Both the position numbers and the translations under genes were made by a program. A stretch of DNA of 64,000 nucleotides from Parasitella parasitica NRRL 2501 (taxonomy: Eukaryota > Fungi > Mucoromycota). Where the stretch lies: positions 107,565-171,564 of the forward strand of contig MU619303.1 of the NCBI GenBank assembly GCA_025201805.1, read 5' to 3'. This document shows, piece after piece, positions 40,293 to 52,174 of this stretch. Positions within the stretch are counted from its first letter, which is position 1, and each line of letters begins with the position of its first letter. The notes beneath the pieces were generated by a model. It saw only the letters and a program-made list of their open reading frames with translations, was not told the DNA's origin and did no database searches.

Positions 40293-41107
40293 TTAATATG
40301 GTTTATACCGTTTTTGACTTTTACATGCATTGTCTGAAGACGTATTATTCACAGTGTGAAGTTTCGGTGGCGCTGATGATGAAGGTGATAGTGATGCAGC
40401 CGGTTGTTTGAGTGAATTCAGTTTCTTTTCAATAGCTTTTATTCTTGCATCCATACTAAGTATTAATGAAGAGTTAAATTACTTATCATCAAGCAGTGAC
40501 AAAACAAATATACCTCGAATTCTTTAATCGTTGTCCTTTTAACAATGATAGCGTGGTTGGCTTATTATGCGATGCTTGACCTCGTTTTTTTGCTTCATCT
40601 TGCTCGGGTGTCTGCGATTTGTTTTCTTTAGTACGCATAATCTGATAGCTGTGAGAATATTTACCATATGAGCAAATGATACCACCAGAGATTTCCCTTT
40701 AATAGTTTTACCATGTAGCTGACTTATTGCTTCCAATGCTTGCTAATTACATGAGGTTTAAATCAATAAAATGCGTAGTGCTATACAAAAGAAATATATA
40801 CCTCTTTTGTCTCAAATTCCAAGAAACAATAGCCTCTTGGTTGCCCTTTCTTTTCTCCACTCCAGTGCATCATTACTTCAATAAATGTAATTTTACCAAA
40901 TGGTTTAAATAGTTGCATAATGGCGTATCTAACTTGTTAGTTACTTTTAAGAAAATAAATTGTAAAAATAGATTACTCTACTTACTCATTGATATCTTTA
41001 TCTAAATTACCAATGTACAATCTCTGATAGATCTTATGTTAATAATGTAATATTGGTTTAAACAACTTGATCCCAACCTTTGTATTTGCGCTTTTCGTCG
41101 CATTCAT
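40293..41107 (-). CDS. Single-RRM protein, RBM18-like, multi-exon
   Basis: RLYIGNLD (RNP2), GQPRGYCFLEF (RNP1), LHGKTIKGKSLVVSFAH, C-terminal RYKPY*. Confidence 0.8.
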
Positions 41108-42052
41108 ACTGAAATTTGATACTGGGTAAAAAAAACGGATCGATTACTCCTTTGAAGCCCAAACATGAACACACCAGTTGGACTGCATTATTTTGCTGGA
41201 CCCAAACTCAACTATAACCAATTTAGTTGCTACTGTACCTACCAACGTCGTTTCCATGGTCCAGCTGTCAAAATATTTTGGTTGCTATGATACCCAATAC
41301 AATTTCAAGAGTGACGATAGATTCTATGTTGGACAGTACAGATCCAAGAAAAAATACCTACTTGTTGTGTGTTGGCGTGTGCCACACTTGCTAACTGACG
41401 AGCTTATACATTTTATATGAGTATAATGAACATAGAGAATAAAGCACAATTCATGGCTCTGGGCCCTTGTTTTTTCAAATCAATCATCACCTATTGTACA
41501 CTAGACTAAAAGTGATTGATTATTTCCAAACATAACCTCAAATAGTAGAACAGTTGAATGGATATGAAATTGCATTCGCCAATAAGATGTTAAACTATGA
41601 GGACCTAGACTACACCTCATTTATGACATGATGGTCTTTATTGACTCAGATGAATAATTAGATACGGGAGAGAAAAATCGGCGAATTTGCTAATTAATGA
41701 ATTACACCATATGGCTATATATTATCATTATCTATAAACTTGAAAAACAAATAGAAAGTCAATAGATACATACTCACGCTATAAATTAAACAAATTAAGA
41801 AAACCAAAGAACGAGGAGATAAAGTAATAATAATATAGACAAAAGGTTTAGATCTCTGTGTTGTTCTCGAACCAGGCTGCTAATTTTGGTCCACCGCTTT
41901 TGGCAGACGTTCATGGATAGACATTGGTATAATCACATTTAATGGGTTCCGCATCAATTATCACGCAAGTATAAATAGAAGTATCGACGTTTGAGTCTTT
42001 TTGATACAACATTCAACCAACCTTCAACTTCTTCTTTATATATATAAAAAAA

Positions 42053-42063
42053 ACGCTGGTCGT
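42053..42063 (+). promoter_or_regulatory. 5'-UTR mini-hairpin with CUGGU loop (SRE-like), paralog 2
   Basis: ACG-CTGGT-CGT, 3-bp stem; counterpart at 43090-43100. Confidence 0.35.
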
Positions 42064-42100
42064 ACTTATTACATACAGAAACACAGAACATACTTTAAAA

Positions 42101-42487
42101 ATGAAGACATCTATCACTGCTACTCTTATTACTTTGGTTGCTACATTTTTCATGGCAGTTCAAGCTGCTCCTGCTAAACTTGAAGCTCGTGACTCCATGT
42201 CTGGTGATGCCACTTATTATTCTGTCGGGTTAGGATCTTGCGGCGATACTAACTCTGATTCAGAGCTCGTAGCAGCTCTTTCTGAGGAATTGATGGGGAC
42301 TGGTGCTGATGGATCTTACTGTGGTAAATCTATTACTCTAAAGGGCGAAAATGGAAAATCAGTTTCTGTCAAAGTTGTGGATTCATGCCCTGGCTGTGGT
42401 AAGGGTGATGTTGATCTTAGCCCTACCGCCTTCAAAAAACTTGGTTCTTTGGACGCTGGTGTCATTCCCATTACTTGGTCGCTTTAA
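42101..42487 (+). CDS. Secreted loosenin/expansin-like DPBB protein (paralog 2)
   Basis: Signal peptide; GDATYYSVGLGSCG, CGKSI, VVDSCPGC..GDVDLSPTAF, GVIPITW. Confidence 0.92.
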   Translation: MKTSITATLITLVATFFMAVQAAPAKLEARDSMSGDATYYSVGLGSCGDTNSDSELVAALSEELMGTGADGSYCGKSITLKGENGKSVSVKVVDSCPGCGKGDVDLSPTAFKKLGSLDAGVIPITWSL

Positions 42488-42510
42488 ATTTTTTTAGATC
42501 TATTCGTTTT

Positions 42511-42525
42511 TGCGACTGGTTCGCA
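42511..42525 (+). promoter_or_regulatory. 3'-UTR hairpin with CUGGU loop (SRE-like), paralog 2
   Basis: TGCGA-CTGGT-TCGCA, perfect 5-bp stem, 23 nt after the stop. Confidence 0.6.
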
Positions 42526-43089
42526 GCTATTCGTCTTTTTATCATTTAGATGAACAATAAAACCCTTGGCTTTTTTCGCACATTATTTCTTGCGCAGTGA
42601 AGTTTATCTAACATCTTTATCTATAAACACACAAACGGTTAAGGCTATGCGCTCTAGTTCCGCGAAATTCTTTCTTGTACTTTCAAGTTTGACAACTGAA
42701 CATTGAATACAAGCTTGTCATTTCTAGGATAAGGAAATGATTATGATGAGCCTTAAGTCCGAAACAAAGTTTAGAGGCACTGTATGGACCTTTTAATTTC
42801 TTTAAATAGAGGAAGATCCCAGGTTAGAATGATTCAATCTACAGCTGTGCTTTTTGACTCTGTCGTGGTTTATTGGAACAGCTCCTTTTGGACAATATGT
42901 ATTGCCAACACACAGTGTGCGCCAGATTCTCGAACAAAATAACTATATAGAAATACTACATTTTTCTCTACTTTAAATCCATTACGAGGGTCAATTAAAC
43001 TTACCAGCAGGTCTCAGTTTCTTCCCAGATGTAGTTTCATTGTAAAGTATAAATACCAAACCCTTTATCGCTTTCCTTGCTTAAAACAA

Positions 43090-43100
43090 ACGCAGGTCGT
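43090..43100 (+). promoter_or_regulatory. 5'-UTR mini-hairpin with CAGGU loop (SRE-like), paralog 3
   Basis: ACG-CAGGT-CGT; differs from paralog 2 only at the free N of CNGG. Confidence 0.35.
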
Positions 43101-43129
43101 CGCCTTATAAACATCGATTATATATAACC

Positions 43130-43510
43130 ATGCAAGCTTTTTTCTCTACTATTTTTTGCGTCATGCTTGTGCTACTCGTTGCTGGTCAAGCCGCCCCTGT
43201 TTCCAGTATTCAGGCTCGTAATTCCATGTCCGGCGATGCTACCTATTATGATGTCGGTTTGGGTTCTTGTGGCGATACAAGTTCTGATAATGAGATGATT
43301 GCTGCACTCTCAAGCTCTCTCATGAGTGGTTCTAATAGTGATTTGTGCGGAAAATCTATCACTGTTAAGCATTCCTCTGGATCTGTCACTCTCAAGATTG
43401 TTGATTCGTGCCCTGGATGTTCCGAAGGAGATGTCGATATGAGTAAAACTGCTTTTAAGAAGCTCGGAAAGCTCGGTCAAGGCCGTATCCCTATTTCTTG
43501 GTTTCTTTGA
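43130..43510 (+). CDS. Secreted loosenin/expansin-like DPBB protein (paralog 3, tandem with paralog 2)
   Basis: Signal peptide; GDATYYDVGLGSCG, CGKSI, IVDSCPGC..GDVDMS..AF, GRIPISW. Confidence 0.92.
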   Translation: MQAFFSTIFCVMLVLLVAGQAAPVSSIQARNSMSGDATYYDVGLGSCGDTSSDNEMIAALSSSLMSGSNSDLCGKSITVKHSSGSVTLKIVDSCPGCSEGDVDMSKTAFKKLGKLGQGRIPISWFL

Positions 43511-43543
43511 ATATTACATATTCTGGCTATACTTCTCTTTCTA

Positions 43544-43561
43544 TAGCGACTGGTTTTGCTA
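43544..43561 (+). promoter_or_regulatory. 3'-UTR hairpin with CUGGUU loop (SRE-like), paralog 3
   Basis: TAGCGA-CTGGTT-TTGCTA, 6-bp stem with one G-U, 33 nt after the stop. Confidence 0.6.
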
Positions 43562-44599
43562 GACTGTATACACATATGTTCACGTACAAAAATACTCTTT
43601 GGTTCTTTCATAAATAACTCTGCTCACTTGATGTGATCGAAATTTTCTATACTGTGTATAGTAATAATAAATTAACTGAATCTTTTGGTTGAAGTATTCT
43701 TAATTTTGTTTCCGTATCATCGAGAACACGTTCCCCAAGAGAAATCAAGTAATGCACAATTAGCCCTGACCATGCCCGTTCCAAACAAGCTTAAAACGGG
43801 CTTTATTCGGCTTTGCGTCAAAACGCATATACGTTTATATGTGTATCTTATGTAAAAATCACGCTTTTCTGCTATAAACTTTGTATATATCGATTTTTTC
43901 ATCGATATAAGCGCTTGTATGAAATTTCAGAAGATTTATGAAGTTTTCTATATATATTTTTGTTAAAAAAAATACGTTCAAAGTGTACAACGACTTGAGA
44001 ATATCATATTTATAGACATCTGGTACAAGATTATATGCATAAGAATATTACTTTTNNNNNNNNNNAAAAAAAAAAAAAAAAAAAAAATGTATATATTTTA
44101 CTAAAGAATTTTTCTGTTCTTTGCACCAGCGAAAACAGAATCTTTCGTTGACAAGCCTTTTTATTTTGGTATTGCATTTTTGAGAATAGCATCGTAGCTG
44201 GATATATATATTGTATATCAAGCGTTTTAACTTGTAATGGAGATTTTCTCATTTTTTAGACAGCCCAAAATTTGCCGCGAAAACTATACATTTAGCCCAA
44301 GTCGTAAGTCAATAACCTCGATGTGTTTGTAATGACCCTCCCTAGTCCTCCTGGGAACTCTTTCAGTCAAATAAATAGCTTCAAACCATCATTTAGCAAT
44401 CATGCATTGATTATTTTGGAGGTAGGAGAGAAGCCAAAACTTGATGGAAAGTAAACATAAACTCTAGTAATGTTATATGCTTTTTTAAAAAGAGATACTC
44501 TGTAGTAGGCATGTATGCTTGAACAAATAAAAACGTAAATGATTTATTTACAATGTAGCCAATAAACTGGAAAACATATGCATATCTACATGACAGCGA

Positions 44600-47040
44600 T
44601 CAATGCCACAGTAATTTCTGCGGGTTATTTTGTTGCTCAATGTTTGTGCAAACTCTCCTCTCTACATTTTCGCTGTTCAGCAATTGGGTTACCTCCAATT
44701 CAGCTTTAGTAACACTAAGTGCTGTCTCTAATTGTGAATTGATGTTGTTTTGCTGACTCAGTTGTTCTTCTAATGCCAAGATACGCTGATCTTTTATATA
44801 CGATGCTCTGGTCATCTCTGAAAGCTGTCTGCGCAGCTCTTGGATCTCCTGTTGCTGATTACCCACCATCAATAGGCCGCTGGTACTATTGTTTTTGGAT
44901 GCAATACTATGACTGCCGCTGCTATTTCGTTCACTGTAAGGAGGAGATGGGAGGCCGTTATGACTAGATTCTTCCAATTGCTGCTGCTGCTGCTGCTGCT
45001 GCTGCAAAAGAGCCGCGACTGTAACAGGATCATTTGTGTCGATTGATGAAGAAGTTAAAATCAATCTTGTCAAGTGATCAATTCGTTCCTTCATGGTTTT
45101 GCGTACATTTCTCATTTGTCTCATCTGCTCATCATGATCTCTACGTTCGGCAATGATTGCGGATTCTTTTTCCTTCTTTAACATTTCGGCATCAGTTTGT
45201 AATTTACTCTTGAGCTCGACAATCTCGTTGCGGTACTTTTGAATTAGGGCTTTATCATCCATGACTTCGTCGTTTTTGGCATGTGTAGTAATACGCTTGA
45301 CGCGGGAGGCGAATTTGAGCGTATTGAGTGATTCTTCCATAATGCTTGGACTAATAGTACATACGACAGCTACTTTGGCTAGTCCTGAAAGTGCAGTTTG
45401 GAGAATGCGGGTAAGTTTGGAATCTCGGTAGGGTATATGACTTGAACTTTTGCCAATGTTGGGATCTGTTAGTTTGGATATGACTGTGCCCAGAGTGAGT
45501 AGACTTTTGTTGATATAGGAACCCTCTTTACGACGATCTTGATTTGTTGCTGCCTTTTCTGAGCCAGCTAAATCAATAAGATTCTATGCAATAGTATACG
45601 TATTAGCTTGCTTTTATGCCGTTGATGGAGGGAATTTCGAATAGGTAATGATACTCACCAGCTGCGATATTCTTACAGTTTCTTTTGATTTTGCACCATG
45701 CATTCCATAACCCGTTGTTGTTAAAGTTCTTCTATGAAGCCCTACAGATGTGCTGGTGCTGCTTCTTTCTCTACTCTCAATTACCATTTGAAATAGTGTA
45801 TGACTACGACTACTATGCAAATTATAATCTGTTGAGCTAACGTGTCTATTTGCTGTAAATAAAACAAACTGTTAGTCAATGCATTTGGTGAGGTTATATA
45901 CTCAAAGCTAACCTTCTCCTCGTCGAATGATTTGCAATACATCTTCTGGACATGTTACAACTTCTTCTGTAAGAGGTGTAACATAAACACCCCGAATTTT
46001 ATCCTGCTGGATTTTCAAGTTGTTGTTTGAGGGGTTGAGTAAATCCTTGATTGTTTCATTGTAAATTTCGAGATATGACACTCTCAGTAAGAATTCCCTT
46101 GTAATGGCCTACATAAAGCATGAGGTAAAGCAACGGGGGTGGGAGGGTTTGTGAGTAAACACAAACCTTTTTAATGAAATCAAACACATTATCAACCGAG
46201 CGAGGTATGACACCTGGTTCCGCCTCATTGCCTAAATGGAAAATGCTTACTGTTTATGTTTATTTCAATTTCATTTCAATGTGCTTCTTACCCATCTAAA
46301 ATAGTATAAATAGTTGTAAAAACAGTGGTAACTGGTGAGTAGTCCATTTTGGTTTGTGGGCTGAAAGTCTTACCATTGTCTACATGTATAAGCAAAAATG
46401 TCAATACTAACCATGTAAGGTTCATATGATGAGTTTACATCACTTACAAAAGTTTTTCCACTTGCAGTTTGTCCATATGCGAAGACAGTGGCTGCATGAA
46501 AAGATGTTTGAAATTAATATGCATAAGATTGTGATGTTTTATGTGATTAATACCATTATATCCTTCCATGGCTTGACTATGGTTGTGTTGATTTGTTTAT
46601 ATCAGAGATTTTCTTCTGTATGAAACAATAAACAACTTACTTTATAAGATTACCGATACTTTTCGAATACAAAATCTGATTATCACTTCCATACAATACA
46701 TGGTCTACACAGCGCCGCATTTCATATCAGTATCAATGCAGCAGTAAAAGCAAGCTATTATTACAATACCGAAATGGAATTCATGCTGCTTTTTCAGCCG
46801 TTGATCCTTCGAAATTACTTTTGAGTGCTGTATGTCCCAACAGGAAGCGTGCTCGTTCTTGTTTGGCGGTCTGCATCGCACTATTACTTGTACATTTTCT
46901 CCAGTTTTCTTGCTTGATGATGCTTTGAAAGGTGCCATAGTGCTCGAAGATGAAGCTGCTGTAGAGCTAGAACAAGTGGATAATGTTCTCTGGCGATCAA
47001 ATGGCTTTGGAAAGGGCTGTGATGATGGACTATGATGCAT
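44600..47040 (-). CDS. Kinesin-7 (Kip2/KipA/CENP-E-like) motor, many exons including 23-, 6- and 4-nt micro-exons
   Basis: NVQVIVRCRP, FAYGQTASGKTFTMMG, SYLEIYNE, HSSRSH, LIDLAGSE, HIPYRDSKLTRILQ, TLKFASR, DKALIQKYR, RIDHLTRLILTS. Confidence 0.92.
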
Positions 47041-47499
47041 GTGTTTATTTGTTCCGGGATGTTAATACACAAATATATGTCTGAACGGATCGGTAATTAG
47101 CAATTGCTATTGCTAGAGCCTAAGGTATAAAAAGGGGGAGGGGGATAAAAGAAGGAAGAGGGTTGGAAAGAGAGAATGTGTTGGATAGAAATATTTATGT
47201 ACGCCTCGAAATTGTTACATAGAAAGTAACCTGATCAAGAATTACCTTTTTTTTTTTTCTTCTTTTTGTTTGTGCTTATTATTGAATCCATCAAACATTA
47301 AAATTTTAAATATAACTTGAAATGTCAACACAACATCTTTATTTAGAGTGCTTTTTATTGTTAAAACAATGGTAGAATCGATGGATCATGGCCATATAGA
47401 TCATTGCTTGCTTGACTCAAGCCAGTCACGACGTAAAGAGGAGAACCCATTTTACAGTTTGAAAAAATCCTTCGTCTTTCTATAGAATATAAAAAAGGC

Positions 47500-48256
47500 A
47501 TGGCAAAGAAAGCAGAGTCAGTAACTCCTGGACAGCGTCTTGGATATGCCGCTGATTATCAACAAGGTGCTGGCACATACGAGAAAGATGGCTTACTGTA
47601 TGCTAGTGTTGTTGGACAAAGGTACATTGACCCTGCCAAAGATGATCAAGTAAGTTGTGATTTAAGCATTTAAATGAGTATAAGCAATTAACCAGCTTGT
47701 AATTGCAGTTACCAATCATGAGAGTGTCACGAGAGAAAGAGCAATCTGCAGTACCTGAAGTCGGCAGTGTGGTAAGAACATTGTTGTTGAAGATTTTGAT
47801 GTTGGGGATATTCAGGCTTATCATTTGATAGATTACCGGCAAGGTTATTCGTGTGGCACCACATCAAGCAGTAATTGCCATTATGGTGGTGGGTGATATT
47901 CCTTGTAAAGAAGACTTTATGGGTGTTATTCGGTAAAAAAAAGGAAAAAACCAGAATTAGATCAATAGACTGATCAACTCATCCATATTTCAAATAGCAC
48001 TCAAGATGTTCGTGCAGCAGAAAAAGATAAAGTGAAAATTTACAACTCATTTAGACCAGGCGATATCATTAAAGCAGAGGTAATTTCACTAGGCGATGCG
48101 AGATCATATATTCTGTCAACGGCAAAGAATGAACTGGGTGTCATATTTGCAACCAGCGTTGCCGGTGCTACCATGGTGCCGATCTCCTGGCAGGAAATGC
48201 AATGCCCAAAAACCAAGGCTATTGAATTACGCAAATGTGCTAAACCAGATGTATAA
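47500..48256 (+). CDS. CSL4: Exosome cap subunit Csl4 (4 exons)
   Basis: VTPGQRLG, GAGTYE, VPEVGSV, FRPGDIIKAEVISLGD, LSTAKNELGV, MQCPKT...RKCAKP. Confidence 0.93.
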
Positions 48257-48550
48257 AATAAAGTGTAATCCGAAATCAAAGTTGACATATATCATGTGTT
48301 TATACTAGAAAAGCTTGATTTGCATCCTATGGCCTGTGTATAATATCAGACGAATATATTAAAAATAGAGCCCATCAACACCACAATATTCCAACGTTGC
48401 TCATGATATTTGACCTTTAAAGGGTTTGATTTGATTTAAATATAGATTTTGACATGCCAAAGTATGCTTTATTCGTAATGATCGGCCATCGTAAGTTGAA
48501 GAGCATTATTTCCATCCGCTCATGAGATTGAAAACAAGCAATGTCTTTTG

Positions 48551-49816
48551 TTATAACAGTGTAATTGGTTGTCTTATATTTACAGGTACATCATTTTCGG
48601 GATATTTCCACTCGGGGTGATTGTATAATGCTTCTGTATCAACACGCTCCCACTTTGGTGAATCTAAAAGGAAAAAGAAAGAAGAAAAAAAAACATCAGA
48701 ACATGCATCTACACAATCAAAAGGGTTTGTTTGTACCTATTGTTGATGGATGATGTAATTTGTTTTGCAAATCCAGCTGCATCAGTGTTGATCTACAAGC
48801 AACATCTCTATGTGTTTGCAATTTGAAGAACTCTCTTGGCGGTATTGTACAATCGTGTCCATTAAAGTAAGCAAGATAGGTCAATGCTGCCTGATCTTGT
48901 CTATGATTTTTTCTGCTGGATCCAGGAGGGGCAATGCAGTTCTTTTGAAGTCCACATTCAAACCAAGGAATAATCAGTGTGTTCACTATTGTGCTGTTAT
49001 CCGTATCGAAGCCCACAGCAGCGCCGTTGCAGTTGGATTTGTAGCGGTATTTTTTGTAATCGGCACCAAAGAATTTAAACATGCCACGGTGCGTCCAGGT
49101 GCCCATGCCAAACGCACTTTTAGGGGACCAAAATCCATGATAGTCGTACCTTATGGTATTTGCAATGTTTAAAATAAATTCCTTTGTTACTTGGTTGCCG
49201 GCGTCAAGCCATACAAGTACGCCACCATATCGAACTCTCGCATCATTGACAATACCGGTCTTCCAGCCATACTGACCGGCGTCGATTGCAACATCCCAGA
49301 AGCGAGGATAACGTTCGTGGTCGAATGTGATCAAATCATCTATTAGGTTGTGCTCCTGGAGCTGATTTAGGATGGGTAACTGCGTTCTGTTCATTCCGAT
49401 ATTATAGACTGCGATTCTGGGAAATTGATCAGGCTCTAAATCTGGGCGTAATTCGTGCAATGAGTAGAGAAAGTTTTCCAACGAGCACAAGTGATTTGCG
49501 CTTGATCCAGTTACTATAGTGAAAGGAAACACAGTTCTCTTTGTGGGGATTTGTTGCTCGCTGTTTGCTGCTAGAGTGGTGGTCGATGAAGGGTCGAGAT
49601 TCAAAGCTGATGAATCTAAATTAAAAGTGGTACAAAATTAAGTGTTTAATTGCCCCTTCTCTTGCTCCTCCGTCCTAATATATTATATGTACCATAATAT
49701 CGATGCTGGTAGGTTCTGTATATCGAGACGGTTAGTAATCCCATCAGACATGCAAGCACACATAGGAACACAGTAATTATTCTTGATCGAGGTATAAGAG
49801 AGGATGCAGACGTCAT
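48551..49816 (-). CDS. Type II membrane protein, DUF1647-like / glycosyltransferase-like; exons 49816-49693, 49615-48737, 48663-48551
   Basis: N-terminal TM anchor; IVTGSSANH, AVYNIGM, YGWKTGIV, LVWLDAG, CIAPPGS...NHRQDQAALT. Confidence 0.7.
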
Positions 49817-50298
49817 TTTTATGTAAAGAAAAGCCTATAAAAGAAGGAAGGAATATATTACATAAACAGGGAAAAGAGAAAAGAGAAAAGAGAAAAAAAA
49901 AGGATGAAGAAAGATAAAGAAATGAAATAAATAGAAAAATGAATATAAATACATGAGAGATGAAATAAAGGAGGCTAAAAAGATGACAACTCCTGATGCA
50001 GTGCGTCCGGTCTCAATTGGTGGATTTCAATCCCAAAGAGTTCCTGAAATCCTTCAATCAACATTTAATTTTGACATTAAAAGAATGAACGTTAGCAATA
50101 TGCTTTAATAGAAAATGGTCAATAAAAAACTGCCACCAAAGATGACGAAAAAACCATGCATTTCTCTACTTGGCACAGAAGGAAGAAAAAATTATAACAA
50201 CCATGTAAATAATCCTTTGTTTAACTAGCAATGCTTTAGTACCCATGTTAACAATCGTGAGCGCTGCATCTATGCTCACACTCCAAGTGAAGTATACG

Positions 50299-50370
<72 letters not shown>
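50299..50370. repeat. 72-nt poly(A) run
   Basis: Directly visible homopolymer; length may be an assembly artefact. Confidence 0.9.
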
Positions 50371-50372
<2 letters not shown>

Positions 50373-50735
50373 TGTCAATACTCATATACTTGTTGATTGC
50401 TTTAATAACACTCATGCATTAATGTCCACATTCCGAATCACATCATTAACGCAATAGAAAGATATATTACAATGGTGCACATATTAGCTGCTTAAACATC
50501 ACAGTTTTTTAAAAGGGTATTGAAGGCTGTAATATCGCATATAGTCCATGCACATGGTTTACAAGAAAGGGTAATAGCCAGCAAATGTCGTTTGAATTAA
50601 CAGCATGTGACATTGACTTTTTTTCAGTCATTTACATACAGTGCTGGTATTGTGATTTCCGCCGCTTAAACGCTTTGTTCCACATAAAACACACAGACAT
50701 CATCTCTTTTCCTCTCTTTATACAATATCAGCAAA

Positions 50736-52001
50736 ATGGAAGCCACACAGGAATTTCCTCAAGGCTTCTTTTTCATTAGATGTAAAAGCCAAGCCTTCGC
50801 AGTCGATGTGAACGGTGGTAGTATGACGGTAAGGGAGAGCATGTATGAATGTGTTGAGATATCACTGAGAATTTTATCATTTTGATAGAATGATGCGACC
50901 ATCATTATATGGCCCCAAGTAAGTCGATACTCGAGCCTGTGTATAGGTGCACTCACTAAAATCACTTTAGAAACTGGTGGATAGTATTAATCAAGTAAGT
51001 AATGAGATATTGTCGTTTGCATAAATTGCTCAGTAGCCCGTACGCGCGCTTTAGCTGTGGATGCATGAGGAAGGCTTTTTGATCAACAAGAAATCAGGAC
51101 TAGGTAGATGAAGAGCACACGTAAAGCACACATTCACTAACGGCTTTGTTGAGCAGTTCTGGATATTCGAGGTGGAAGTATGTACTGCTAGTTAGTATGA
51201 CAAAGAGACATGACTGACAACATTTTCTAAAGATATTGAGCGTGACAAGGTCATCATTCAATATGCTCGCAAGCCTGGATTGGCACACAATCAGAGATGG
51301 GCATATCAAGATGGGTTTATATTTCCAAAGTCTGCACCGCATTTGGTGCTAGACATCCGAGTAAGATGCCAAACAAAACGCAAACTTTCTCCTACGTCTA
51401 ATCCACATTACAGAATGCAGAATTCAAAAACGGCAATACAGTCTATCTGAATACGAAAAACCTTCATTCAAAAACGCAGCAATGGCTTATTCAGCCGTTT
51501 GAAAACGAGAAATCTGTCAATGAGCTAGCTCTACTTCGGCCGTCACCACGTTAGTACTGCAATTTCTGGACACAGCATGACTTATTCTAAAGCGTAAATA
51601 GTTCAACGTACCTCAACGTTTCCAAGACAAGAGGAGCTGTACGATTGCTATCGTATGGTTTATCTGAAGCCTGATCAAACAGCTACTGTCACTCCAGAGC
51701 AGTTGGCAGGCGCTGCTGCTTTCAAAGCCATGAAGGATTACATTGTACAGTACGAGAATACACATCAGGATCCCATTGTTGCCGACAATCAGTCTAGACC
51801 AGCTTTACTTGATCTAGTCAAAAGAGAGGTATGTACATACTCCAAGCATATAGTTACTCAGCTAATAATACACACACGTACTATAACCAGGTCATCCAAG
51901 CATTAAATTCGCAACATGTTGAACGCAACTTACAAGAATTGGTTCAGTCATCGATTTCTGTATCTGAAGCTTATTTTAGTCGCGAGTATAGTGTCAATTG
52001 A
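50736..52001 (+). CDS. Ricin-B (R-type, CBM13-like) lectin with C-terminal helical extension; 9 short exons, no signal peptide
   Basis: Spliced protein MEATQEFPQGFFFIR..AVDVNGGS..IIIWPQK..NQLW...LVLDIRGG..IIQYARK..NQRW...LVLDIR..TQQW (three QxW repeats); all introns GT-AG; largely missed by the ORF track. Confidence 0.88.
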
Positions 52002-52174
52002 TTAAATAAAACGACGTTAGTTTATTTTGATTAAAGAAAGGAGTGCATGTTTGTTGTACATTTGGGGAGATAAGAACAAGGCATTTGGAGTATATTAAAG
52101 GAGATCCATTACATTGCACATATGCAATCATTGCAGGCGGACAGGCAGAAGACAGACAAGCAGCCAGCAACAAC

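Noticed and set aside
41165-41420. Short ORFs divergent from the RBM18-like gene
   Set aside because: No motif or codon-bias support
50166-50457. Poly-Lys / poly-Phe ORFs
   Set aside because: Artefacts of the 72-nt poly(A) run
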